Shown piece after piece: positions 49,810-63,313 of a stretch of 64,000 bases of DNA. A program made the translations under genes and the position numbers. Location: assembly GCA_977017645.1 (NCBI GenBank), contig OZ360229.1:78120001-78184000 (forward strand). The letters run 5' to 3'. The DNA comes from Torpedo marmorata (lineage: Eukaryota). The notes below the pieces were generated by a model. The model did no database searches. It was given only the letters and a program-made list of their open reading frames with translations, and had not been told where the DNA came from. The stretch's first letter is position 1. Each line of letters starts with the position of its first letter.

Positions 49810-52800
49810 TTTTGATTCAAAGAAAATATCAATTGTGATTTGTTCGGAAGGAAAGTGTGTAAAATCTGTCTAAATGAATTGCGCAGTTTGAAATTATGCC
49901 AAAGACTGGCAGGAAGCCCAGAAGTTGTTTTTGTAAAAAATAGATAAGAAATCTTGTTTGCAAAACTACAGAAAAGCCAAAACCAAGAAGTAATTCTCTT
50001 AAAGGGACCAAGTAAGATATAAAATTCATTTACAGTTCCAGCAGAGACCAGGAGAAGCCAGAAGCCAGGTTGCAGTGTGAAGAACCTAAGATGGATAAAA
50101 AGAATCCACTGGATAAGGACCTCGAGCAAACAGATCCTCTCAAAGAACTGTTTGCTCGTGAGCCAAGCCAGCAAGGCGGACCGAAAACGCTTGATAGGAG
50201 GTTGGAGCCAGTACACAAGGAGGAAGTGGCTTCAACTAGCAAGCAAGATGAAGACGATGTCAAGACACTGCTAACGGTGCTAACCGCCTTAAAGAGAAGT
50301 GGAACTGGAACTGAAGAATTTATGTTGCAAAGTCCCATTGGTGCTTCACCAAGCAAAATGCAGAGGATAGAGACTCAATCAGCAGTATCTGAAAGTGCAG
50401 ACGTGAATCCTGATGATAGTATTTCCAAGGTTATAAGCGCAGCCAGATCTTCAAAGACATCTAGAGCCACAAGTTCAGCTTCGCGTGCTTCAAGCATATT
50501 AGCTATGCGTGCAAAGGCGCAAGTAGAATTGGCAATTGTATGTGCACGACAACAGTGGTTGGAGAAAAGATACGATAGAGGACAGGCAAGCTGAAATCAA
50601 GAATCAGCAACTGAGGCAAGAAGCTGAAATCAAGAATCAGCAAGCTGAAATCAGGAATCAGCAACTGAAGTTACAATTGGCTAGAGAAGAACAAATGAGA
50701 TTATTGAAAAGAGAAGAGAAAAGACTAAAGCTAGAGGAACAAAAAGCTATGAACCAGGCTAAAGCGAAAGCATTAGCTCAGGCTTCTGCAAGATGTGTCA
50801 CTCAAAGTGATATACCGTACTCAAAAGGCAAGTACCTATTATTTCAGCAGAGCCACAAGAAAAGAAAATATTTGAGTAAGGAGCTACAGGTGTCGCTGCA
50901 AGTGCTCAAATGATAATGGCCAATCCTATGGAAAGAGCTAGCGACATTCAATCCTCCAGAGCACACAATATATGGATCTTCCCGAAAGGAGGGTATTTCA
51001 AAAGGATACAACCATGCGAGTTGATCACACCCAAGTATTCCCACCAATGCAATCAATCGCAACCCAAGGATTCCCACCAATGCAATCAATCGCAACTCAA
51101 GGATTCCCAACAATGCCATCAGCCACAACCCATGGAATCCCATCAATTCCATCACTTAGTTACCAAGGTCCTACACCTATAGAACCAGTTCAAGATCCGT
51201 TTTCACCATTCAACCAAAAGAGCCAAGTCGTAAGCCATGGAGGACAAGACAATATAATATCGCTTATAGCAAAACAAAATGAAATCTCTGCTATGTTAGC
51301 GCAGCAACAAGGTATATATGGTTTACCTAAGGAGGAAATTCCAGTTTTTAATGGAGATCCATTACAATATATGACGTTCATGAAATCTTTTGAACATCAC
51401 ATTGAAAGTATTACCAAAAACACTAAAGATTGTCTTTATTACTTGGAACAGTATACTGGAGGACAGCCGAAGGAGTTAGTCAAAAGTAGCCAATACATGA
51501 ATCCAGAACAAGGGTTTAAAAGGGCAAAAGAATTATTGCATCATCATTATGGCAATGAACATAAAATTGCAAGGTCCCACATAGACAAGATTCTATCTTG
51601 GTCGGCAATAAAATCAGAAGACACAAAAGCTTTACAAGCATATGCACTCTTTCTGAGAGGATGTTGTAACGCGAAGGGAAGTAGTATACATTTGCAAGAG
51701 TTGAATTTGCTTGCCAATTTGTCGATTATAATAAATAAATTGCCGTATAAGCTGAAGGATTTATGGAGAACCAAAGCCACAGAGTTTAAGATGCGTGAAG
51801 GAAGGGACGCCACTTTTGAAGACATTGTACAATTTTTGGAATGGCATGTGCAAGTTAACACAATACCAGTATTTGGAAATATTAAGGATACTTCAATAGT
51901 TCCTAAAGATGTAGAGAAGTCTAAGTCATTGTTTCAACAAAAGCCAAAGGGAAGTACCTTTGTTAGTACTGTGTTAGATACAAGCACAGAAAAGAACAAA
52001 GAAACAAAGGAAATGGAAGATCAGACTGTTCAGAAAAGCTGTTTGTATTGCAAAGATAAGCATGCTTTAGAAAAATGTTCATGATTGGAGAAAAAGTCGC
52101 ATGACGAGAAATTAACTTTTCTGAAGAAGAATGGAATACGTTTTGGCTGCTTGTATAAAGGACACATCAGCAAAACTTGTAATAAACGATTCAGTTGTGA
52201 TATATGCAATCTAAAGCATCCCAAGTTACTGCATACTCAACGAAGTAAAGTTGAGAAGGAAGTCAAACAATCTGAATCTAAGACTAATGAGACAACTAAA
52301 GAGTGCGCTTCAGCTTCGGTTCAGACAAATAGTCTTACTGGGGCCGGTGACAAAGCCCTCTCAATAGTTCCTGCACAGGTTAAAGCAAAAAAGGGTAACT
52401 TCATACTGAAGACCTACGCATTTCTTGATCCAGGACGTACTGCATCATTTTGTACTATTGAATTAATGAACAAACTGAATCTTAATGGAAAAAGATCACA
52501 GATCTTATTGAAGACAATGAATGATGAAAGAAACATCGATACTAATATAGTTTCAGGTTTAGAAATTGCTGGATTAAATAGCAATGAATTTTGCGATCTT
52601 CCAAGTGCATATACTCAGAAGACTATGCCTGTGAATAAGGAGAATATTCCATATCAGGATGATATCAAACAGTGGGCTTATCTAAAAGATGTTTGCTTAC
52701 CTAAGATTGATGCCAAGATCGAGATGTTAATTGGATTAGATGTACCAAAGGCTCTCGAACCTCTTGAAGTAATAGGGAGTCAAAACGACGGACCTTATGC

Positions 52801-55590
52801 TGTGAGAACATTGCTTGGATGGACAATTAACGGACCATTAGGAGGAAAAATGAATAATGATCAGAAGGTGTTGAACGTAAATGTCAACAGAATTTCAGTT
52901 GTGAAATGGAATGATCTGTGGGAACAACAGTTTAAAATTGATTTTCCTGAATGTCTCACAGATATTCAAGAACCTTCAAAGGAGGACAAGCAGTTTCTGG
53001 ATTTAGTGTCAATTTCTGTTAAACATATTGATGGTCATTACTGTATAGCATTACCTTTGAAGAAAAGAGAAATTTGTATGCCAGATAATAAAATAATTGC
53101 AGAACAGCGTATGCTGAATTTAAAGAGAAAATTCAAGAGGAATTCTTCCTTTCATTTGAAATATGCAGATGTCATGTTAGACATGATAGCCAAGGGTTAT
53201 GTAGAAAAGGTATCAGAAGATATCTTGGAAAGTAAAGATGGTAAAAAATGGTATTTATCTCATCAAGGAGTTGTACATCCACAAAAGAAAAAACTACATA
53301 TAGTATTTGATTGTGGAGCATCATTTCAAGGAGTTTCATTGAATTCTCAACTTCTACAAGGTCCAGACTTAACCAGCACTTTAATAGGTGTTCTGATAAG
53401 ATTTTGTAAAGAACCTATTGTAATTGCTGCAGATATTGAAGCGATGTTTCATCAAGTAAAAGTACCATCGGAAGATCGTGATTTATTACAATTGTTGTGG
53501 TGGCCTAATGGAGATTATAATGAAGACATGATTGAGTACAGAATGACAGTTCATCTATTTGGAGCAACATCATCACTGAGTTGTGCAAATTTTGCTCTCA
53601 GGAAATGTGCTGAAGATAATGAAGAACAATTTAGTTCTCAAGTCATAGGCATCATCAAAAATAATTTCTATGTTGACGATTGTCTTACTTCAGTGGTTTC
53701 AGAAAAAGAAGCAATAGATCTTTATCAAGAGTTAAAGGAGATCTGTAATAAAGGAGGTTTCATCCTTACGAAATGGATTAGCAACAGTCACGATGTGTTG
53801 GCTGTTATTCCTGATGGCAGAAAGAGCAAAGGAGATAAAACATCTTGATTTGGATTGTGACATTCTACCCGTCGAAAGAATTTTAGGGGTACAATGGTGT
53901 GTTCAATCTGATGTTTTCAAATTCAAAATTGTTTTGAAAGAACGGCCTTTAACAAGAAGAGGTATTCTTTCGATCGTAAGTTCAATATATGATCCTTTAG
54001 GAATATTGGCACCAGTAGTATTAATAGCCAAGAAAATTCTGCAAGAATTGTGCAGAAGAAAATTTGGATGGGATGAAGCTATACCAGAATCCATTGCACA
54101 AGATTGGATAAATTGGATTGAGAGTCTTAAAATGTTAGAAAATTTTGAAGTCAACAGATGTTTGAAACCAAAAGACTTTGGAATTGCCAGCCATGCTCAG
54201 TTACACCACTTTGCTATGAAATAACCAAGAGCGAGTACATTGTGGATTGATAATGGGAAAAGCCAGAGTGGCTCCATTAAAGCCAGTCACTATACCTCAC
54301 TACTATGGCGAGCAAAATGGACACGATGTTAAGAAGAGAACTACAGATGGAGTTAGCAGACTCTATGTTTTGGACTGATAGTACATCAGTACTTAAATAC
54401 ATTAATAACAAAACCACATGGTTTCATTTGAAAAAGGCAGTAGCATGGATTCTTAGATTAAAAACTATGCTTTTAAATCGTATTAAGAAAAAGAACTAGA
54501 CTCAAAAGAGCCATTGCCTAACAGTCGATGAATTAGCAAATGCTGAATTGGAGATAATTTGTTTTTGTCAGAGAAGGGCGTTTGATAACGAAATATCAAA
54601 ACTGAAGAAGAACCAGAATGTTACAAAAGCAAGTCGTATTTACAAGCTAAATCCTATTCTGGCCAATGATGTATTGAGAGTAGGAGGAAGATTGGAAAAA
54701 GCAATGCCAAAAGAAGTGAAACATTCAATTATATTAGCTAAAGAATTTCATATTTCTGATTTGATTGTTCGACATATGCATGAGAAAACAGGTCATGGTG
54801 GTTGTAATCACGTGTTATCAGAGCTACGTCAGAAATATTGGATACTTGGTGCTACAACATTAATCAAAAGAATTATATCGAAATGTATTAATTGTCGACG
54901 TGCAAATGCTAAACCAGGACAACAACAAATGGCAGATTTGCTACAGGACAGAGTTACATCTGATGAACCCCCATTTACATACGTGGGGAGTTGATTATTT
55001 CGGTCCTTTACAAGTAAAGCGAGGAAGATCAATTAGAAAAATTCTTAATTCTATTTTGGATAGTCAAATACTCAATGATGACAATCTTCAAAGAGTTCTG
55101 TGTGAAATTGAAGCTATTTTAAATAGTTGTCCGATCACAAAAATTTCAGTCGATTCGAATGACAACGAGGCACTTACACCAAATCATCTCCTGCTTGTTA
55201 AATCTAAACTTTCGATGCCTCCAGGTCAATTTCAAAAAGAAGATATTTATGCCAGACACAGATGGAAACAAGTGCAATTTATTGCAGATTTGTTTTGGAA
55301 AAGATGGATTAAAGAATATCTTTCATTATTACAAGAACGACAAAAATGTTCTAAAATAAAATGCAATTTTGTATGTGGAGATATTGTAATTATCATGGAC
55401 GATTCTTCAAGAAATTCTTCGTTGCTGGGGAGAATTGTGGACACAGTTCCAGACAAGGGATTCGTTCAGCAAGTGCAGATTAAAACCAAGACTGGTTACT
55501 ATTACTAAAATCTGTCTTTTACAGGAAGCTGAAAGTTTTGATTTTTAATCTTATGCTTACTATATTTACTGTAATCTGTAATAATAATAA

Positions 55591-55626
<36 letters not shown>

Positions 55627-55660
55627 CATTAATGTCTATTATAATAATTAGGGGCTGGAA

Positions 55661-56103
55661 TGTAAAGGTTAAAACCAGTGTTTTGACTCTGTTAATTAAA
55701 TGCCTGTCTTTTTAAAATAACTATTGTTTGTAGTGTTACTATAGTGATTATGATGTAATATGTCGTAATATCTGCCCAGACTAGAGCCATTGCTACTTCA
55801 TTCTACGAGATGAGAAGGATGCATAAGCACGAGACATATTTTCTTTGAATTTGTTGCATCTCTTTAAATGTTTTTGTATCTCTTAAATACCGTAAATGCT
55901 TTATTATTCAACTATATGGAAGTTTTATTACGAAGCTATGTAAAATGTTTATACACTTAATCAACGAATTAAAACGACAAAAGTAACTGCCACAGAACTT
56001 GATTTATTGGATTAATGGGATGATAATTCGGAATATCGTAGCTCACGCATTGGAAGATGATACTTTGAAATTAGGAGACAAGAAGAGGCAAGTGTCATCT
56101 ATA
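55661..56103 (+). repeat. 3' LTR of the BEL/Pao element
   Basis: 443 bp, TGTAAAGG...ATCTATA, directly after the PPT. Confidence 0.93.
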
Positions 56104-57150
56104 GCTCTGAACAAAGCGTTGCCAATTTAGGACTGAGATGAGGAGAAATTCCTTTTCTTTTCTTCCTTTGGGTTGTGAATTTTTGTAATTGCCTCCCAGG
56201 CCATGCAAAATCATTCACTGAATGCATTCTAGACTGGCAGCTATAACTTTGTATACCGAGAGAGATGGACCAAGAAAGCAGTGTTGATGTGGAAGATAAG
56301 CCACAATCTTACTGAATGACAGAGTGGATGAGAAGGTCTTCTCCTGTTCCTCGTTCTAAAATTAAAGTGGTCCTGAAACATTCCTTCTGGGAAATATTAA
56401 ATTTATTCAAATATTGAGTTAGTTTAGTAGGTTATTTATGCTTTTGCTACTTTTTTGTTCGAATGCCAAGAAATCTTGCCGCTCTTTCCAGAACAGTTCT
56501 ATGTACTAATGTTAAATTTTTTTCTGCTATGTTGATATATTTTTGATGCCAATTTTCATAAACAAATTTTTCTATGGCAGAAGAACTGAAGCAGCTATCA
56601 ACATAGGTGAATCACCTTTGGCTCCTGAATTTGCTCGTTTTCTTGAAACACTTTGTACATTAAATTTTATTTTGAGGAAAATATTATCCTTTATATCCCA
56701 CACAACTCTTGCATGCACTCAGATTATCAAGGAACACTGTGGATTTCCAAAATAATCATGGTATCTTTCATCTAATTCTGACCATGAAAATCCTGCCATC
56801 TGATTCAGTGATTACTCAGAGTAGTGATCAACATCTCCAACGGTTAGTAATTCACAGGACTGAAGCAAGTCAACTATAAGGTGATGAAAGAGCAACCTTT
56901 GCATGTCCTGCTTCTATCAATTATCAAGTTTTGCACTGAACTGGAGATTGCTTCAGAGATCCATTAAAGAATGAGTTTTAATTTGTGAATGTTTTTATAG
57001 AATATTATCAGCTGGATGTGAGTTGGGTAACATTCACACAGTACAGTACCAAGAAAGGAGCATTGGTATCCTTGGCAGCAATAGTAATGATTAGCCATTA
57101 TGAGGCATGTTGAGGATATATATCTTGTCTTGGACAACTGTGGTCTCTAT

Positions 57151-57379
57151 CGACAATTCTCAACCTTTTTTTGGCTATGGCCCCCTGAGGACTCTGCTCA
57201 AAGTTTATAGGCCCTCTTTCCTGTGAAGCAGTCAATTTTTGGTTTCTTCTGTACTTCTCTCCTACCGACTACATATAAAAAAATATTTAGGTTACGCAAG
57301 GTGAAAAAAAAACCATGGCTTTTACTGAAATGTGCTGTGGCCTCCAGGGTGGCCGTCTGGCCCCTGTTGAGAATGGCTG
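57151..57379. mobile_element. hAT-type MITE (same family as 33845-34074, opposite orientation)
   Basis: TIR remnants (ATTCTCAAC / GTTGAGAATGGCTG); TSD GTCTCTAT/GTCTATAT. Confidence 0.75.
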
Positions 57380-58288
57380 GTCTATATCACCTTGAAATTG
57401 TAGTTACCTTAATTCCTTGAGTGAGATGAGGGAAAACTACATTTAAATCTGGAATTTTACCACAATTAAATTTCATAAAAACACTCATATTTACTATGAC
57501 TATTAGCTCTGAGTGCAATTTAGTTAATGAAAATAATTAGCTCCATGGAGGTTTAGTACTTGTTTCAGAGTTGAAAAAAATTGATATTGCAAGTTTTTAA
57601 TCAACACCATTTAGCAACTTACATTGATTTTATTCTAAATCCTCTCTTTTTTGTTGGGGACAAACACTGTGCAAATCTTTCTCAGTTACTGACTGCCTGC
57701 TCCTGTGGGAAAAAAAAAACCTTCAACCAACTCCGTGGAGTCCGTTCCCATCCTGCTCCCAATCTCATAAATATTAGTTAAGCCCTGAGTTTGAGAATTC
57801 ACTTTCCTGCTTAAATAGGGATCATTTTACTTCAGCGCTGCCTGTGACTCTCTGATGAAATGAACGTGCAAGTCAAATGCAGGGCTACAAATGTTAAGTT
57901 GGATATTTCTAGAGTGTTCATTCTCAATGCATTGAAGGATTTTTCTGCTTTTGCAATATTCCTTCATTGCACAGATATTAAACACTGTCTTAAAGTAAGT
58001 TTCCAATTTCAATGGGATTAATGGCTGCATTCATGAAACTGCGTTGTAAACCTGACAGGAAATGTGTTCTGAAAATAGAGTCCTTAGATTTTTTTCCCCA
58101 AAAGACATGTACACAAATGTATCAATTTTCCTATAGAAAGGAAGAATTAAATTGAAATTGCTATCTGACAAACAGATAAATGAAATCCATATGCAAAGTA
58201 CAATTTTATGAGCATTATTAGATTTGGGGATGCAGCATCTTTGCAAAACTCAATGCAAATAATATTTGAAAGCAGCCTGAAATCGTAC

Positions 58289-58469
58289 CTGGAAGGACAG
58301 TGGGCTCCACGGAGGTTCGGAAGGAGACAGAACCTGCCTCAGATCTGCCTTCCCGATTCTCAGCCACCACGTAAACCTCATATTCCGAGTTCCACTCCAG
58401 GTTTCCAAGGATGACGAATTCGCTGTCAGCTGGCAATCTCATCTCAGGCTTCCAGTCGGAATGGTGTTT
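58289..58469 (-). CDS. NCAM1: NCAM1 exon 14 (second half of FN3-2)
   Basis: Acceptor cttccacag|AAA, encodes KHHSDWKPEMRLPADSEFVILGNLEWNSEYEVYVVAENREGRSEAGSVSFRTSVEPTVLP, donor G|gtacga; 181 bp; includes the FGL-loop homolog. Confidence 0.96.
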
Positions 58470-58932
58470 CTGTGGAAGAAGCCATGGGTGAACAGAGAGC
58501 AAACAGCATCTGAACTTTGGTAGGCACAAGTTAAAGCCTCAGCATGGCTGTGCCTTCTCATGGAAAATCCCAGGTAGGAATCAGAAGCTGAGCATGCAAC
58601 TGTGAATGGTGAACTGATCTAGCACCAAGATCTCAGCAGGGAGATCTTGCAGATTTGAACTTATCCTAACTTTTATCATCATTCACTCACTGCTTTATTT
58701 TTCAATGTAGTCTGCACTTTTTTTCCCTTAAGTTTTTTGGATAGAGTTTAAATCCTCAGTTCAATTGTGAAAGCTACAAACCTCAAAGAAGGTGAAATAA
58801 CCCAGAAGATCACACTAGGCAGAAATGCAATCAGGAGGAAAAGCGTAGAAGATTCAAATGTGAAAGCTAAATAGTCTTCAAAGCAGATCTGGGAGGTTAA
58901 ATATTTAATCAATTCTTCAATAAAAGATATAT

Positions 58933-59160
58933 GAGAGCGCGGTTAGTGCAACGCTGTTTCAGCGCCAGTGACGTGGATTCGAATCCGGCGCTGTCTGAAA
59001 GGAGCTTGTACGTTCTCCCCGTGTCTGCTTGGGTTTCCTCAGGGTGTTGTGGTTTTCTCCCACCCTTCAAAACGTACCGGGGTTGTAGGTTAATTGGGGT
59101 ATTTGGGTGGCACGGGCTCCTGAGCTGGAAGGGCCTGATACTGTGCTGTATGTCTAAATG
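58933..59160 (+). mobile_element. V-SINE
   Basis: B box, V-domain, TGTCTAAA tail. Confidence 0.8.
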
Positions 59161-59854
59161 TATCAATGGAGTGTTAACCAAGGATGCGTGCAAGTCTCCA
59201 AATAACTTTTCATGCTATGGTTTGGGTCTGATTTAACAGGGTGGCTCCTGTTCTGATGCAGAACCACACATCGATGAAGTATGATCCTATATATCCAGGA
59301 TTTTGTTTCTGAAGGATCAAGCACTCGTCTGAACTTGTCAACACAAAAGAATAAGGAGCAAAGTTTGGTTGTAAAAAATATTTGAGTTCTGAGTGTGAAA
59401 TTGAGTTGCACGGTTTGGTGGATAAGATTCATGGGATCATCAAACTCTGCCCAAGAAGGCTCACTTCCAAAGCCACTTACAATCATCGATTCAAACGGTC
59501 TTCCCATGGTTAACAGATAAGCTGTTATTGTTCAGTTATTTTTGTAATCTTGGGAGGTAATTTCACTTCCAGAAATTTCAACAGACCGCTGTCCACCTTG
59601 CCCTCATCAGCTGCTCTTCCAAGATGCACTTCTGACTCCATTTCCTTCATCCCTGAGTTCTCCAATAGTTTTTTCTCCAAATATTCATTTAATATTCTCT
59701 AAAATTGTGTCAAAGCATATTATATTTCAGCAGGTTAAAAACTGTCTAATCTATCAATTTGTGTATTGTCACTAATCATGAATTTAAACCCTGACTCTCA
59801 ATTTTCCAAGCACTAGAACTAGTCTATTGTTTGTTGCCCTGAACTAATCTCCAC

Positions 59855-60085
59855 CAGCCATTCTCAACCTTTTTTCGGCTATAGCCCCCTCGGACTCTGC
59901 TCAAAGTTTATGGGCCCTCCTTCCCTGTGGAGCAGTCAAGTTTTGGTTTCTTCTCTACTTCTGTCCTGTTGACTACATAAAAAACATTTAAAAAATTGTG
60001 ACATGAGGTTAAAAGAAAACAAGGCTTTTACTTAAATGTACTGTTGCCCCAAGGGGAGCTATAGGCCCCCTGTGGAGAATGGCTA
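59855..60085. mobile_element. hAT-type MITE (third copy)
   Basis: CAGCCATTCTCAAC...GAGAATGGCTA; TSD ATCTCCAC/ATCTAGAC. Confidence 0.75.
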
Positions 60086-61169
60086 ATCTAGACTACATCT
60101 CACAAGACTTCAGTAATCTCTTGACAACCAATCCTGTTAAGGCAGCTATCACAGCCCTCTTTTCATTGCTCCACATTCACGTCTGAAATGGCATTAACTG
60201 AACTTGACAAGATATCACTGAAGCTCAATAAGTGCTCTCTGAAAATTCTTCACCATCTGGTTTGACATTTACCAGCTCTTAGAATTATAGAATTCTCTAT
60301 AGAATTCTGAACTCTTCCTCTCACTCCTACTTTGGTATCGTAGGCAAATTATGATGTTATTCCACTCATGCCTACATCATTCGGACAGATCACATCATCA
60401 GACTTTCTACCCTCCACAATGAAACTTTTTAAAATCATGATATTGCCTTAACCATGCTATTTTTGAAAAATCAGAGATAAAAACTTTCTCCTTACATTGG
60501 CATATCTCATACACATACTTTGAATAAATTAACCTATCTTACTATCCTTAATTAGTTCACCTTACTTGAAAATTTTTAAGCATCCTGAAACTTCATCAGA
60601 AGTGAATTGAGTCAAGTTACTCAGCACTTGGCAGGAGGCAGCAAGAAATGCAAGACTAATGCTGGGCGAAATTGATTCTCACAAATTGTAGCAAGGCTGG
60701 ACATTGCATCATAACCTTGTCCTGAAGTTACATGCAATTTATCCACAAGACTTGGAGCCCTACCCCATTCATCTTTCTCTCTGTTACCTGCGCCCTGCTT
60801 GCTCAGGCAAGCACAGTGCCATGCCCGAGTGCTGACACACAACTACACTTCAGTGGCCCAAGAAACCACGAGCAAAGACAACTGGGAAAAAGCCGAATCC
60901 AAAATTTTAGCTTCAGATCCTTTTTTCCCCCAAATTCCCCACTCTAATATTTTAATATGTCAGGGCGAAGAAATGGGCTTTCACTTTATTTTGCATGATT
61001 TAATTCTGGAGGATTCAGTGGGACATCATTCCCACATTTGTCCCTCTTCTCAGTTACTCAGTGGGCTTTGTGAATCGGTTACAGTTCAGGATCTCACAAC
61101 CGCTTTTGTTTCACTTGCAAAGTGATCCTTTGAATCTATCCATTACAACTGATGGAATGGCGGAGGTGA

Positions 61170-61862
61170 AGGAGAACAGAGCGATACAAGTCAAGTTTAT
61201 TGTCATCTGATTGTACAAGTACAACCTGACGAAACAGTGTTCTCCGGTCCTCGGTGCAAAATACGCAGACACACAACCAACATAACACACATACAGACAA
61301 ACAATACATATGCAGGACAAGTATTCATATATACAAATAAATAACTATTGTTTCATGAATATGAGAGTCTTAGATGGTTAGTGTGAGCAGTTCCTTTGGT
61401 CGTTCAGCATTCTCACTGCCCGTGGGAAGAAGTTTCTCAGCCTGGTGGTGCTGGCTCTGATACTCCTGTATCTCTTTCCCGACAGGAGCAGCTGAAAGAT
61501 GCTGTGTGCAGGGTGGAAGGGGTCCTCAATGATTTTGCGCACCCTCTTCAGACAACGATCCTGGTAGATCACTTTGATGGGGGGGAGGGAGACTCCAGTG
61601 ATCCTCTGCTACTCTTATGGTCTTGATAGAGCTCCTGTAGAAGGTTGACATAATGGTGGCCGGTAGCCTTGCCCGCTTCAGTCTTCTCAAGAAGTGCAGT
61701 CGCTGTTGCACCTTCCTGACAAGTGAGGAGATGTTGAGTGTTCTCGATAGGTCGCTAGTTAAGTGAACTTCAAGGAACTTGGTGCTCTCCACTACAGAAA
61801 TATTGGTGTGTAATGGGGGGTGGTCGTTCCTGGTCCTCCTGAAGTCCATGATCATCTCCTTC
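61170..61862 (-). mobile_element. Rex1/Babar-like LINE 3' fragment
   Basis: MIMDFRR...KFL..HL, QQRLHFLRRLKR and FQLLLSGKRYRS on the minus strand. Confidence 0.8.
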
Positions 61863-63188
61863 GATACAGAGCATAAGTGGGTAGAAGCAAATGAAGAGGG
61901 CGAGTCAGCACTTGTTCATCTACCATTGATGAAGGATGGTTCCAAAAGGAGCACTATTTTATACATTTTGTGTCTGTAAATCCTTTACATCTAACCAGAA
62001 ATGTTGATCCTGCATTGTAGTCTGAATAGAGCTAAGAGTCAGCTCAACCCAGCCGTCTCTATTAGTACTATTAAAACAATGTAAGATGCTGAGAGAAGAT
62101 GTGGAAGAATTAGATCAGTACCCCATCAAACTCATTCTTCTTGGAATGCACATGGGAACATTCAGGAGTCACACCTAATTCCTCTTGGCATGGCACTGAC
62201 TTGCTTTTGGGCTTATCTTCTGAAGTCAAAATTCAGCACCCTTCCAGAATTAACCAAGAATACTGTTGGAGCAAGATTTCCTGTTGTGTGATGTCAGAAG
62301 GTAACTATCAGAGACCCAAAGTTGGGGCCACTGGCAAGAACCCAGGGCAAATATGCCAAATTTGAATATGTGAATAGAGAATCACTCAAGGTAATAGACA
62401 ACAGCATTAATCTGTTGAAATGAGTGGCAGGTGATACAGGAACATAATGCATGCGCAAGTTGCTATTTATGAAGAAAGTTAAACAAAATATTGGTTACAG
62501 GGAAGTCAATTTTACAGCATTGATGGTGTCATTCGTGAGTCAGTGGAAAGTTGTGCATTTATGCCCCAGTACAGACATGCGAGTACGATAATGAGTGTAT
62601 TTTCAGTGGAAGAGTGGGTTAACCTTCTAAAATGAAGCAACTTGTAAAATGGGCACTGGGAGTCTGTAGAAATCACCAGGACTTATCAAGCTTAATCGTT
62701 TAGTTATATAATCTGTGCAGTGTCTCGAATTCATTCCCAACATTCTGTGAACAGGCAGGAAGTTGATGATTACCCAGACATCCCAGTCTGTTGGTGAGAT
62801 GGCGGTGAGCCCTCATTCTAAGCTGCAACTGAAATGCATTTCACATATTGAAGTACAATGGAGCCAATCCAATGTCCCTCATTGCCTTATGTACTGACAT
62901 CAGTCCTTTCACAGTCACTGCGGGAAGGTTATTCTTACTGTATCTTAGCTCTGGGCTCTGAAGCCATCTTTTCCATCTTTAAAAAATAAATATACTCTTT
63001 AAAAAAAGTAGCTAAAATGTGCATTAAACTAAAATAAATTTTCTACTATTACTAACTATTATTAAACAAAAGTTAATAGATTTTCACATTTTCCTCAACT
63101 ATTTCAGTGCATTACATTACAATTTCCACAGTGCAGTACCTCTCAATGCCAGAGATCAAAGATTCAGGCTGGACCGTGTCTTACTCAC

Positions 63189-63313
63189 AGCTTTATATCG
63201 GACCAGGTAATGTCGAATGGGGGAGCCTCCGTCATCCTGCTTGATCCAGTTGACTTTGTAGATATTTCCACTCCCCATTACATGTTCTTCAAGCTTAGGT
63301 GGACTTGGTTCTC
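63189..63313 (-). CDS. NCAM1: NCAM1 exon 13 (first half of FN3-2; not in the ORF track)
   Basis: Acceptor cttgtag|GA, encodes EPSPPKLEEHVMGSGNIYKVNWIKQDDGGSPIRHYLVRYKA, donor gtgagt; 125 bp, in phase with exon 14. Confidence 0.96.

Larger units (their letters stand above)
49366..56103 (+). mobile_element. BEL/Pao LTR retrotransposon with both LTRs and degenerate gag-pol
   Basis: LTRs at 49366-49809 and 55661-56103; 5-bp TSD GCTCT (49361-49365, 56104-56108); PPT AGGGGCTGGAA. Gag with FNGDPLQY and Cys knuckles, protease FLDPG, RT LLQGPDL/YVDD, RNase H, and integrase HHCC plus GVDYFGP. Inserted into an old CR1 3' fragment. Confidence 0.95.
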
